Part shown: positions 27,431 through 42,032 of the stretch, in pieces
Numbering within the stretch: the stretch's first letter is position 1
Layout: each line of letters starts with the position of its first letter
Origin: Chrysomallon squamiferum
Taxonomy: Eukaryota; Animalia; Mollusca
DNA: 64,000 nt
Direction: 5' to 3'
Assembly: GCA_012295275.1 (NCBI GenBank)
Contig: CM022669.1
Location: forward strand, 12,834,001-12,898,000
The notes under the pieces: generated by a model
Databases searched by the model: none
What the model saw: the letters and a program-made list of their open reading frames with translations, nothing else
Told to the model about the DNA's origin: nothing
Program-made: the position numbers and the translations under genes

Positions 27431-28287
27431 CACTTACTTACTTAATAATTTATTATTATTATTACTTTATATATATGTATATAAAACACTCATTTTTGTG
27501 TTCTTATCTCAGGCAATCAAATTAGATTATTTTTTTCTATTATAATTTCAATGATCGTCTACTGCAGAACACAGATATTAAACTCGACATTTTAGCTTCA
27601 GAATGATCCCTGACTGCCTCTTAAGGCAATTCAACCTTGTTTATAAATGAAATCCGAAAATAAACAAATCAATAGCAATTTCCGAACCTTCTGACAAAAA
27701 GTTAACTAGCTGTTGGGGCCTGGGGAATTTCAATAAACTGTTTTTTGTTTAACTTCTTGGAATATTTCAATTTTCATTTGAAATTGCAAGAGATAATACT
27801 CTCATGACCTGATAAATAATGTTTGCGTTTCAGATTCAGTTTAGTTCATGGAATAACGCGTTTTAGAAAGGGATAAATAACTTAAAGCAATGCAGTTTAA
27901 GGCTTTATTTATGACACACCAATTTTTATGATTATTATTATTGTTGGTGTTCTTGTTGTTGTTGTTGTTGTTATTTTATTTTATTTATTTTTAAACTAAT
28001 TTCCAAGATCATTAAATCTAAGCCAGAATAAGAGTGTAATGATTCCTGAAGTGAAACACTTTCGCGTAGTGAATATATTTCTCTGTATTTGTATATTTTG
28101 TCTTCTTTCAAAATGGACTCTGTCACAGTGGTCAGATCAAGAGTGATCTTTTCCTGTTTCACCACAGCTTAAAATATGACTGTCAGAAGGTAAATGTTTT
28201 CCTGTATATGAGAAGGTGTATACCAACCATCAGTTTATGCTAATTTATAAACGTGCCTGTCGGAATTGTGGTAGTGGGTTTGTTCTT

Positions 28288-28447
28288 TCATACACATACA
28301 CATACACATGCACATGCACATGCGCATACACATACACACACATGCACATGCACATGATCATGCACATACACATACACATACACACATGCACATGCACATG
28401 CACATACACATACACATACACTCATGCATGCACACATACACATACGC

Positions 28448-28496
<49 letters not shown>

Positions 28497-28597
28497 TGCA
28501 CATGCACATGCACATGCACATGCACATGCACATGCACATGCACATGCACATGCACATGCACATACACATACACATACACATGCACATACATGCACAC
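28288..28597. repeat. Hexanucleotide (CACATA)n/(CACATG)n compound satellite
   Basis: Alternating blocks of CACATA and CACATG over ~310 bp. Confidence 0.95.
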
Positions 28598-29365
28598 GAG
28601 ACGATGCTTATAATAAAAAACATACGCCATATTCTAATAAAGTATTCTGTTAAAATATTCTGTTTTCAATGTCTTTCTCTGCTTCGGAGAATTTGCATGC
28701 ATACGTTAACTGCTGTGGGACTCAGTGTGTAGCACTGAGTTCGAGAATCGTTCAGTAAGAGAATTTACTTCATCACAGAGTCTTGCACACGGTAAAACTT
28801 GTGTGTTTCCCTTTTGTTTATCCAATCGTTTTATTATTCAGGTTAACTTTACCTCAAGGGTTTTGAATTGTATTCATTGCTTCTTTGTGTTAAATCAAAC
28901 ATCATATTTACGCGCGCAAAAGTCCGTTCGATTTTGTAAGCATCATCAATTTTACATACCTTGACAAACTGTGTCGATACTTTGCATTGTGTGTTTCTAG
29001 TCGCTTGAAACGAGTTTAATCGTCACTGGCAGTTGGGGTATTATCAAGTGAATGAAGAAGACTGACTTCTAAGCTTAATTGGTTTCATATTTCAAAAGAA
29101 TTCCGGCTAAGATGTAAAACCGTAGTTCTTTTCTTTTTGTCGTTCATGTTCGAAATCGCTGGCTTATTAAAGAATTATTGCAAAAACGTGGCTTTGTTAT
29201 TCTAACGCTTAAAGAAAAAACAGTAAAGGTTAATTAGTAAACCTTTTCTACTTGCTGTTAAACACACTTTCTCTCTTTCTCTTGTGTGTATGTGCTTTTG
29301 TGTGTGTAGACATATGGATATACAGATATACATAAATACATATATACATACAACATGCATGGAAT

Positions 29366-29459
29366 CATACATAAATACATACATACATACATACATACAT
29401 ACATACATACATACATACATACATACATACATACATACATACATACATACATACATACA

Positions 29460-29489
<30 letters not shown>
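29366..29489. repeat. (ACAT)n microsatellite
   Basis: Near-perfect tetranucleotide run. Confidence 0.97.
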
Positions 29490-29491
<2 letters not shown>

Positions 29492-30796
29492 GACAAAGAT
29501 GCAGGCAGGCAGATCACTCGTCGGTTTAATATTATATTAATAGATTATTTGATTCAATCAAAATATCAGATTGAAGTGCGCCTTTATTAAACTGTATCTC
29601 CCGTACTCTACTCGATAACTGAAACACTTTAATTTAAATAAGTTTTATTTCAAACTACATTTATAACAGGTGATATATTGTTCCTTGTAATTTATATCAT
29701 TTATAGTGATATTCGACAATTAGGTGAATAAACTTTGATTTCCCCCTCTTCATTTCATTTCATATCAATAATAAATAACTCCAGTAATCAGGCGATGAAG
29801 GGTTAATCTGTAAAGATTAGTTTTCATGGTCGCATTGTTGTCACAAACATTTTAAGTATATCATTCAATATCAGACGATCAAAGTGATTAATAAACACAT
29901 ATCCCTTTCCGTTTCATCTCCTTCCCGTGCAAAATAAATTAGAATATCTTGACGTATTTATCCCCGTCTGTCTGGAAACCAGTGTATTTCTGACTGGTCC
30001 CCTGCTACGAGACTGGTGGATAACGGTGTTACGCCTCTTCAAGTTGCAAGATCTGCCAAGCAACCGCCAGCACAGGACAAATTAGCGCGATTTTTATCAA
30101 TATATTTCTCCCCGACAACCACAACATCGCCAGTCCGAGACAGGAACGTCTGCAGCGGCGACTTAATCAACGACGAGTGCAGCTCTTGAAGAAGCCGGCC
30201 TGTCAAATTAAAAGCTGACGTCAAAGAGAAATAACGAGGAATTATATATTTAGAAATATTTGTACAAATTTTTCGTAAGTGCCTGAAACCAGATTCGTGA
30301 TATATATATCGTTTATAAAAAAAAAAAAAAAAAAAAAAAATAGTTGGAGGAAACTGGCTGGAATTTGTCTTAATTGACGCCTCGTTTCGAGTTACACAAT
30401 TACTCAACTTGTTGGAAATGTCAATTTGAAAAGTTAACGAAAGTCGATGGAATCATTTCTCTACCTCCAGCTGTCACACTTTACTTCTTTTTTTTATCCG
30501 CGTAACATTCCCTTTGTTAGCAGTCTCATTATCGCGAACTGTAATCAGGCTATTTTGCACCGCGAGTTTACCCTGTGTTGAGAACGATCTGTTCTTTCTG
30601 TCACGTTCGTTTGTTGACTCACGCCTCGTAATACCACGCCCTTTCCTCTCAGTACAGTTTTGAGTTGGTTACTGGAACAATGAAATGTGTGGCTTTTCAA
30701 CAACTTATTTGTTCTACATTTTACCACAAAAACGCAGGGGTTGAATACAGGCACTCAGTCAGTATGTTAATAAATAAATATATAAATAAATATTTA

Positions 30797-30847
<51 letters not shown>

Positions 30848-33179
30848 GTAAAACGGCATTAAAAAAATATTAAACTGGATATCCCGCAGTCAACAACTTC
30901 TGTGGATTTGGTCTAATTTTGTTTATTCAGACTTTAATTCTGGGACATCTGAGAAGTGGTATATTTATTTGAATTGAGATAAATAACAGTGGCGGAGAGC
31001 TTAAATCAGAGCACTCAAATAATTAAGATTATCATTTGTAAGCGTTTATGCCACGCTTGTATGTTCGACATTTGGTAGATGGTGAGCTAAATTTTGCAAC
31101 GAGGTAAAAATAAAGATTTATTTCTTAAATCATCATCGTCGTCATAGTCATCATAATTATCATCATCATTATCATTATTGCTGTTGATATTTTTTTGCTG
31201 TTGTTGTTGTTGTTCTTCTTCTTCTTGTTTTTCTTCTTCTTCTTTCTTATAATTATAATTATTATTATTATTAATCCCCTTTTCCTTCTTTTTCTTCTTT
31301 TTGAATTACTTTTTTTTCCTCTATTACAAAGATTCCCATCTCTAACCGTCCTCAATGACTTATAAATTTAGACAAAGGTATTAAGATAATTCCTCCTAAA
31401 TCTTGATATCGTCTGTTATTCATAACCAGCCTGGGACCTGAGCGACAGTTCTGTGACTTTTCACTGTACAACAGATCTCACATTTTCTCCAACAGACATC
31501 AGCAATCTCCATTGTATATATTTGCAAGACAACGTGCTTAACATTCAATCATAGCCTGCCAGAAAAAAAAAAAAAAAAAAAATAAGCCACTAGGAGCTAT
31601 CAGTAATTTCATATTCCACCGTTCTGCATCTTTTTCTGTGAAATTTACACACGTTGATTGAAAGTCATTCTAGAATATTCTATGGGCCTACAGAGATACT
31701 GATATCTGTTCCTATAACTGTTAATTATTAACTTATAAAAGTGCAATATTAAAGGAATTACTTTGGTGAAGTTCAGCGAATTTTTACAGCCAATGTAAGA
31801 ACTCACGTATTTTGGTCGAGCCATAAAATGGATTGAATGGAAAATCGATCACGTAGTATAAACGTTTTCTTTGTCATAAACATATATTTAGTTAATGTAC
31901 CTAAAAATATCTGGGCAAAACAGAAACTCATATTATAACTGAAACTCATATTAAAGATAGTAACAGTTTTTCCACTCTGTTAGAATTACAGAAATATATT
32001 AAAATTGAAACCGTGGACAAGAAAAACAAATAAAGAGAAAAATTACAAAAAAGGACAAAAATAATGTCTTAAAGGAAATGGTTTTCTGACACTGTCAATA
32101 AATCTTTTATCTCAGTAAACTACAAAATCCCATTATACTATTAAAGAGACCTAGAAGTAATCTTGCAGATTTCTATTTTCGGTAGAAGTAAATTACCAAA
32201 AAAATACAAAAACAAATAATCCGAAAAGATGAAGAAAATAATAATAAATAAATTTAACGTTAAAATCTGTAAAAAAAAAAAAAAAAAAAATTTCTAAAAT
32301 GTTATTTAACGTGATGGCTAAATGTTAACAGAAGTATTTGTTGTGTTCAAAAAAAACAGAAACAAATGTAAATTAAGTTATATAGACATAAAAAAATATA
32401 ATAATAAAAACAACAATGAAACAAAACAACTGACGTATTTTACAGAATTTGGGAAAATTAAAATAAATGCTATTCTGTTGTTCGAATTAATTTATTTTTT
32501 ACTCTTTCTTGCAAAGATTACAGTTTAGCAGACCTAATGCTTTTGTTTCCTTTCTCTCTATCTCTCTGTCAGTCTGTTTCTCTGTCTTCCTTTCTGTCTC
32601 AGCCTCGCTCTGGTGTGAATTTGTGATCAGTATCAGTTGTCGTTTACTGTTCCATTTTTAATTAGCATCCCCGTGGACAGGCGTTAAATTTCCAATTAAC
32701 AAAAATATTCGAAAACTCGATTGCAAAATCGAAACGGAATTAAACGGATCCGACATTGGTTTAAAAAGCTCGCGTCAATTTAATGAACTTATCTTATCAC
32801 TGCCAGTGTAGGCCGTAAGCTTGGTCATTGCATTTAGTATTAGTTCAATTCCTTTTGTCATTCTGTCGAGGTCTTTGCCACTTTTTATAGCTTTTTTTTT
32901 TCTTTTTTTTTCTTCTCCAGTTTATCCCTTAATGTGTTTCAGCCGACTCCTAGCGGCTATGTAACGGCACTTGGAAGAACCAATGACTCGGAAATTGTTA
33001 TTGATCGGCTTAGCGTGGCCGGCTAGTATCGACAAGCTAAATTAGATTTCAGTCAGTGTCTTAGACACAACCCATCGTGACATGGTGGGCAACCGCGGCA
33101 GAGAATGCATGCATCATCATTTTTTTACACTTTTTGATAGTTGACGTAAAGACGCACACACCCTTTTCTGTATGACAGA

Positions 33180-33500
33180 CTTTCTCTCTGTATATGTCTC
33201 TCTCTCTCGTACTATATGTGTGTGTGTGTGTATGTGTCTGTATTTATCTATGTGCCTGTCTATGCAACTATCTGTCAGGCTCTCTATCTTTTTCTACATC
33301 TACGTATATCTATCTATCTATCCATCTATCTATTTACCTACCTGTCTGTTTGCATACTTACGTATCTACTACCTACGTATCTATTTATATGTCTACTTAC
33401 ATACCTGTCTACATATCTGCCTATCTTCTTCTCTACCTACCTCCCTATCTGTCTGTCTGTGTGTCTGTCTGATGGTCTACCTGTCTGTGTGTATGTCTGG
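33180..33500. repeat. Degenerate (TCTA/TCTG)n tract
   Basis: Directly visible. Confidence 0.85.
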
Positions 33501-33765
33501 GGGTTTTTTTTTTTTTGCATAACAATGAAGGCAGTATCTTATCAGACCGGAGCGACTTCAGGAGAAACTAAGTGAATTAAGAACTTGACGTTTAACACGA
33601 TTATACACTGATATGCTCATCTCATGAATAAAACATCATTTGGCTCAAATTTAAATATGTATCCAGTGTCTGACAAGTCACAGATGTCTGTCTGAAGTAA
33701 TCTCTTCCCCGTCACTGGACAAAATTAGCATAAATAAGATATTCAGTCAGTTTTACACATGTATA

Positions 33766-33841
33766 TTAATAATAATAATAATGATAATGATAATAGTGAT
33801 GATGATGGTGATAATGATAATAATAATAATAATAATAACAA

Positions 33842-33888
<47 letters not shown>

Positions 33889-33950
33889 TGAGGATGATGA
33901 TGATGATGATGATGGATAACAATGATGGTGATGATAAAATAATAATAAAA
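33766..33950. repeat. (AAT)n/(GAT)n microsatellite
   Basis: Directly visible. Confidence 0.95.
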
Positions 33951-34331
33951 ATGGTAAATTTGATTTTTTTGCCTTTCTTTTCATTGATTTTAACTACAGA
34001 ACACATTTACTTTTAAAATTTAATTTAAATACTTATTATGTTTTACCTATATAAGTACTTTTTTTTATTAATGTCTTTGTTCTTTGTGTACTTACATATG
34101 TGTCTGTAAGTCTGTATCTGCGAATGTACATGTGTGTATTTGCTAGAGTGCATGCATTCTGTATGATCATATTTTTGTTAACAAACCACTGTCTCAAACA
34201 TATGAAAATACAAATCATAACCAATTTAAAATTAATCTAAAAGTCGCGATTAAGAACTGAACCAGAAACACTCGGTTCTTCACTGAAGTAAATCTTGTCC
34301 ATATAATTATGTAAACAATTTTAATTGTTAC

Positions 34332-34396
<65 letters not shown>

Positions 34397-34592
34397 TACA
34401 TTTTAGTACTTTATGAAACATAAAAGAACAAAAAAAAAAAAATCAAAATTAGCCTCTGCGACAAAATAAGGGAACAAACAAACAAACAAACAAACAAACA
34501 AACAAACAAACAAACAAACAAACAAACAAATAAATAAATAAGTAAATAAATAAATAAAAAGATAAAAATCATAAATAAATAAATAAATAAAT
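34332..34592. repeat. (ATT)n followed by (AAAC)n/(AAAT)n
   Basis: Directly visible. Confidence 0.95.
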
Positions 34593-35036
34593 AGAAAACA
34601 AAAATTAAAACCCCTGGATAACAAGTCAAATAAAACACATCATTCCACTCCATTACACTTCACTGCAAAAGTTGTTTTTTTTACAATTTCACACTATTTA
34701 ATTTTCGTTTTTCTACAGTCACTACTATAATTTAATAAAACTCCTTGTGGAGAATCATTATCTCACTAACACTGTGAACAATCAATCATTTTTCTCTGTG
34801 TCAGAAATTACACAAAGATCAAAGACGTGTTTTTTCTCGAGATGGGAGTTTTTCTTTTCATCTTTCTTCCTTTTCTCGTTTTTTTTTTTTTTTTTTTTTT
34901 CCTCTTCTTCTCCTGAGGTGGATCTAGATGTTTTCGTTGGGGGAGGGTAGTTTTAAATAAAAGGAACAGGAACAGATATAAATATAGATAGACAGAAAGA
35001 CAGACAGACAGACAAACAGGCAGATAGATACTTATA

Positions 35037-35079
<43 letters not shown>

Positions 35080-35569
35080 CAAATTATGTCTTGTAACATG
35101 TAATACAGGTATCATATTGCAAATAATCTTACGGGTTATAGCAATAAATTATATTCTATGCCCTCTTTTATAACTGAAATTCAAACTGGCAGCTAATATT
35201 TGCCGCCGACAATTTAAATTCAAGACAGACATAACTAGCATAAGGATGGATCCCTAAAAATCACCCTCTAAAATCCGCCATTACTACTCAAAGATTAATA
35301 AGAGGTTAAAAAAAGAATAGAAAAAAACAACAACCCCAGAACAGAAGCGCGCTTGAATCACGTGTCATTATTTCAATACGATGTTTGCTTCTTAACTTCA
35401 TCTTCTTTCGCTTTAAATGTGTTTTCTTTTTGATTTTCAAGCAGAAAGTATAAAAAAGAAAAATTAAATAAGAGAAGAAAAAAAAAAAAAGAAGAAGAAA
35501 TAATTTCAAAATAATTGATATTGATTATTTGAATTTCCACTGAAGTTTGAAAAGTAAATTAGATTACTC

Positions 35570-35604
<35 letters not shown>

Positions 35605-36136
35605 ATCCTTCAAGAAATTCTTAGATTTTTATTCTGTGCAAATTTAAGAATGGACCATTGTAAGATACGTTAATTTTCTTTTTTGCCTACGGATGTCATA
35701 TGAAAATGGAAGAAAAAAAAGACAAAATGCAATCACGAAATAAGAGCAGTGACGAAAAAAGGTCAACTGGTTATAAAATGGCAGTTTGGCATCTCAAGCT
35801 TAGTTAAACTTTCTCGCTCAAAGATTCTCGTTCGGTGAAGTTTTTCGTCTTGTGTTTTTCCAAGGTTAAAATTGTGATTAATTTTATTTGCTGTGTATGT
35901 GTTTTTCACGTAACGATTGTAATGAAATATAGTTTAGATTAGATGTCATATTTAACAGTTTCCATGTTCGTATGTTTGTGGATGTGTATGTGTGTGCATG
36001 TGCGTGCATATGTGTGTACGTATGCGTAAATTTATTATATTGTGTGAATGTGAAAGACAGATATGTTTTATTACTGTTACCGTTGTCGTTGCTTTTGTTG
36101 CTACTGTTATTAAAATCGGACATTTATTTATGTATT

Positions 36137-36185
<49 letters not shown>

Positions 36186-37786
36186 TTTTTATCGTTCTAC
36201 CAAAGTGCTCATGTTTATCCTCTTATTTTTCTTCAATTCCTTTTTCACCATTGTTTTTTTGTTGTTTTTTTAACTTTTATTTATCACCTGTCAGATTTTT
36301 ATATATGCATTTACAAAAAAGAATACTAATTATTATGTATGACAGGTAATATCAAAACAAGAGTAACACTGGTACATTCAATTTCAGATTAATTGGCAAG
36401 CTTCGAGTATTTTTGAAATATTTGTTCTGTTTTTATTAGACAGACAGTGTTTAAAGAGAAGGAACAGGAATGACAATGCAGCTGTTTGCAGGAAAACGAA
36501 GTAGAAATCATCAACAAAAAAAAAAAAATGAGAAAAAAAAAAAAGTCCCGAAACATTTTCTGGTGCAGAACTTTCAAAACCACAGCAGGAAACAATTCTT
36601 CATAATGTCTGTATAAAATGTCATGTGTATTTTTCTATTCCTTGTTGTTTGGTTAGCAACTTTATATCTCTGTACAAACAACACAATTTTTTTTTTCTTT
36701 TTTTTTTTTTTCGTGTACGTGTTCTTTCAGTTTTAAGGTCACAAGAATTTCAAACAGTTTAACAAATAACGAACATGGTGGTTTTCAGACCTGATGCTTG
36801 TCAAACAATCGGTTTTTCAGAATTAGCTGTGTTGCGGTTGCCATTTCTGTAAGGAAAGTAAATTTTTCTAACAATAGTTTAAATTGGAATGATTAAAACT
36901 TTCAAGTTAATAAGTCTGTGAGTATTAAAGATTGGATAAAACAAATCGTGCTGTAGTCGTATTTCATTTTATTGTAAGACTTAGGTCGACCTGTATTTAT
37001 TTTAATTAAGGACATATTATTTAATATAATTACATATCGGTATCTGAAGGAGTGTACAATTAATCCTTTAAAATCTATATAATTATACTAGTAAATATTT
37101 TCTCGGAGTCATTGGATGCCCATGCAAATTGGTAATTTCTTTGTTATTGCTATAAAATCCATAACTGAACATATTAAATATTAATCTTATTTATTTATTT
37201 ATTTATTATTATTATTTTTTTTTTTTTTTCACTTTTCATTTTCTTCTTTTGTCACCTAAGGGTTCTCAAAAATCAACTTACCGGACAAATAATGGAGAAT
37301 ATTATTTTTACTGCGCCAAAGGTGATAACGTGTTAACTGTGTGTAATTTCCAAACTAAATCGCGTTTTTTTTTTTTTTTAACGCGTTTGTTGTACTCTAT
37401 TCAGCGTGTACGCAAAGTTAGTGTTAACTCTATTCTCATCTTTTCTCTCTTCAACACTTTAATACTGCGATGATTCTACGCATTGCATAACTTTCATATC
37501 ACTCACTTTCTTGCACTCACGAACACTCACCGAGTCTGCTTTTTTTTTTTTTTTTTTTTTTCTTCGCAACCCATGTTTTACGCGCCTTGTCTGAAATCTG
37601 TCAGCGAATCCATTTCCCTCCTCCATACCGGCGGCATCTCTGTGCACGTGAATAATGTTGCGACATTCTAGGGCGAGGTTAAAAAACGGAAGTGTTGAGA
37701 AATAAGACAGAACTTTCTTCTCTTCCGTCAAGGAAAGAATTCAGCACACAATAACAAAACGATTTTTTTTTTTTCATTTTGGTTTC

Positions 37787-37818
<32 letters not shown>

Positions 37819-39057
37819 GTGTCTCTTTAAGTACTTCCAGGATTTTTGCGATTTTTTGTTTTTGTTTCACTTACATTTTTAAATTACTTTTTTGTTTTGT
37901 TTTTTAATACAGATTTCTTTTTGAAGATTTGATCATTTCATCTGACACTGAAGTGCTTGATGACAAAAAAGTGCGTTTTATAAAAGAAGATAAAAAGAGG
38001 GTCACAGTTATGAAAATACTGGCAGTAAAAGATAACGATGTCGACTATACCCTGATCATATCTTTCAGAAACAGAAATATATCCCGCAGTTTTATAACTT
38101 CCTTTCTTTTCGCTTTTGTTTTTATTTTCTTGTCTATTTTCCTTCTTTCGTTCCTTTCATCCTTCTTTCTTTCTTTTTTGAAATACTTTTTTTTTTCTTT
38201 CTTTCTTTGTTTATTCTATTTTTTTTATTTATTTATTTATACATATATATCTATCTACTTGTTTATTTATTAAAAGTATCTTGCGCTACAAATCGCTGAG
38301 GTCACCAGTTTGGCTGTCACATGAAGCAGTAAAAGATAATTTATACTGCGTACGTTCCGTAAACATTAAAGAGTGACAAACAGACAGACAGACAGACAGA
38401 AAACAAGTAACGTGCTAATCAGAGCGAGCTATTCTGAAGCAAGTCTACGACAGGCACGCTCTCTGACATAGGCTGGGGGGGGGTGACTGTCGCAGAATTT
38501 CTTTTTTTCCTTCTTTAGTAAAGACTGGACGAAAGCCTTTATATATACTGACTGGAACTGGAATTTGTCCAGTGAGTACACTAATGTAAATCGATCCAGC
38601 GACCAATCAGCTCACAAGAAAAGACCGAGCATTAATCCGTCTTTATCTTTTCTGGCAGCAGTAAATAGAAAAGTCAATACGCATAATACTGTTTAATTAC
38701 AGACTTAAGTTAAAGGTAGAATGAAAAAAACATAGGACTAATTTTTAGATAGCAGTCTTTAAAGAAGGTAAGCCGAGAATTTAAGTAACTAGCTGCTTAT
38801 ACAATACGAACCAAGTTTGGTCCAAATTGCGCTAATTTATAATGGAGCGTTTCATTTGTTCCGTTTCATTGGCATCGTTATATTTGAGAACGTTGATATG
38901 TGAAACTGTAGGTAGTTATAAGCTGCTCAGAAACGTAGACAAAAATTACATACATGCTATTAATTTCATGTATTTTGTTACCTTAGTATTGTCTTCCATT
39001 TTAAAATTTTAATTACTTCCTCTTCTTCGGCTTCTTCTTCTTCTTCTCAGTCGTTAT

Positions 39058-39059
<2 letters not shown>

Positions 39060-39110
<51 letters not shown>
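39060..39110. repeat. (GT)n microsatellite
   Basis: Perfect run. Confidence 0.97.
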
Positions 39111-39112
<2 letters not shown>

Positions 39113-39447
39113 AATATGCCAGGAAATTTATGTCAGTTGCCAAATACTTAATTATGCCAAGAAAATACTTCTATTGTTTTGTTGTTAGTTACCAAGTTTG
39201 TTTCTTGCATCCTTGTCTTAGTTTAACCTTTTCATTTTAGTCCCTCGTTTTCTATCATTTTCTTTCCTTTTCCCTCTTGATTTCTCGTCTTTTTTTTTTC
39301 TTTACTTTTTTTTCTGTTTCTATTATTTTCTTTGATGAACTAGATCTAATTTAATCATGGTCTACATTTTAGTTATTACGAATAAATATTATGTGTCTGG
39401 ATGAAACAGCATTCAGCGTCATGAAATCTTGGCACAGTAGTTCGTAA

Positions 39448-39479
<32 letters not shown>

Positions 39480-39966
39480 AAGAAAAATACAGAAAAACTT
39501 CAGTAGGTTTTTTTCTTCTTGTTAATTTCAAAGAAACAACGAAAGAGAAGAGAAAAATAAATCTATTTACCAAGAGGAAGCTTTCTCATTAAGAATCTTA
39601 TTATCCTGATTAAACTATTACTTTCAGTCGGTTTGCCTTTGTTAAAGTTCCTTTTGATGTCATTTTAATAATGACGATAATGATAATGATAATTTAAAAG
39701 TAGAATAAAACAAATTACGAGAAGGAAGGTGAATTAGATATTAATTTTTTGTTTTATTTCATTTATTTCGTTTTTTATATTATTTTCTTCTAATTTTATT
39801 ATGCTTTGTCATTTCTGAATTTAGTACAGTAATAAATTCCCTTTGGAGATCGAAAAAACAAACAAAAAACAAACACAATTCGAATAGTTATTAGTGAGTA
39901 ATATACTCGTGGTGCGTTAGTTTGTGGGCTAGATTTATATGTGATATTGACTAGATATGAGACGGA

Positions 39967-40103
<137 letters not shown>

Positions 40104-42032
40104 CAAACAGATAGAAAATTAAATTCACAGACTCATTCACTTTAGTATGAAACATTTCACAAACGCGAGTGCTTAGCGTGATAAGAATACGGATAACAAT
40201 CCTACAAACATTTTCTCACATCCTACAAACATTTCATTTTGCCTTCACCATTTCAAAGACCGCATATCATAGATTAAATAGATACTTAGGCGTTTTTCTC
40301 TTTTTTTTTTTTTGGATATACGACTGAATAACGTTCTTTCCAGTTAGTAACTTTCAAAGCTTTGTGATGTTGTTGCTCTCTCCTCTGATATAAAGTCATT
40401 AAGTACACGTAATTAAAAGAAGAAAAAAAAAAACACGGCGTAGGAGGTATAGGAACCGCACGCCTCACGCGCTTTAGCTAAACGAGAATCTCAAATGCAT
40501 TACATGATCAAGAAATGTAAAATACGCACGATCCAAGGCAGCAGTGGATTACCAGTGGATGTAAATCAAACACGCTCTCTTTTAACAGCTTTATCAGCGC
40601 TATCGTGGTTTGGATAGCAATAATACTGATGATTTTGATGACGTATTATTAGCGATAGCAGCAAAATAATTATTCATGCTGTCTTTTTGATTATTTACAG
40701 CGATGTGGAATTCATGACAGTTGTGTAGCAATAATAATGACGGTAATTTTGACAACACTGTTATTAATGACAGTTAACTTAACACGAGAATGTCGTTTAA
40801 CGGATATTTCGTGTCATCCGCAACCCTGAGTAAGAAATTGGAATTATCAACACGAAAAATAACCGTAAAATGCGTCCTCATCTTTAAGTAAAATTTACAC
40901 TTTTCTGTAGCAGTGTCCTCTTCCTAAGATAATTACATATAATATATATATAAAAAATGGCTTTAAATCAAGTATATGTGTACAGCCAAATATATATTAA
41001 TACAAGCGTGTCCATGTTTCCTTATAATATATATATAAACACACACACAGACAAACATACAAACATACATACATTATACATACATACATACATATCACTA
41101 TATATACATACATACTCACAAACATATTATGCATACACACATAAAACATATATATATATATATATATTAGTTATATTACGATGATATAGGTAATATTTGC
41201 CTATTTCTTTAATCGAGGTGTCATTGTTCATATTGCTTTATTTTTGCTGCCATTTCTACTGCTACTACTAATTTAAATTATATATATATATATATATTCA
41301 CACACACATATATATGACGTTCTACTAATTACAAAATTACAACAATAATAAAGTAATAGTACCAAAAATAATAAAAACTAAAAAACCTAAAAAAAACCTC
41401 AGTTAAATAAATAAACAAATATTAACCATAACATAATAATAAATAAATAAATACTGTATATGTATATATATATTTTTTAATGTATTTTTATATTGTACAT
41501 TAACTTAAAACGCAGATGCAAAATTACCATAACAGATTCAGACTTACAGTCTGTGGCAAAAAACGTTCTAAGGAACTTACGGGATAACTGTATAAAGGAA
41601 TGGTTTAGCTCGGCTGTAAGGTTTCGTACATATGGTTCATATACAGTGAAAAGTAGAGAGATATATGACCGACTTGGCAGATGATTTCACAAGCGTGACA
41701 AGGACTTGGAAATTTGTAAATATTGTGGAATTCGGAGCGATGCATCGTTGAGGGGGTGGAAGGAAGGTGAAAAAAAAGATGAAAACTGGAAAAAAAGGAG
41801 TGAAAGGGGAACAGGAGTACAAAAGGAAAAAAAAAAAAAAAAAATAATAATAATAATAACAGCAAAAATCAATAACACAAAAACACTCACAAACAAACTG
41901 GAGCTTTTTAAATATAAGGACAAAATAAAAATAACTATAACATTTAATAGAAAGGAAATAGGAAAAAAAATAATAATAAAAATAAAGAAATAAAAAAGAG
42001 GAAATAATAATAATAGTAATAATAATAACAAC

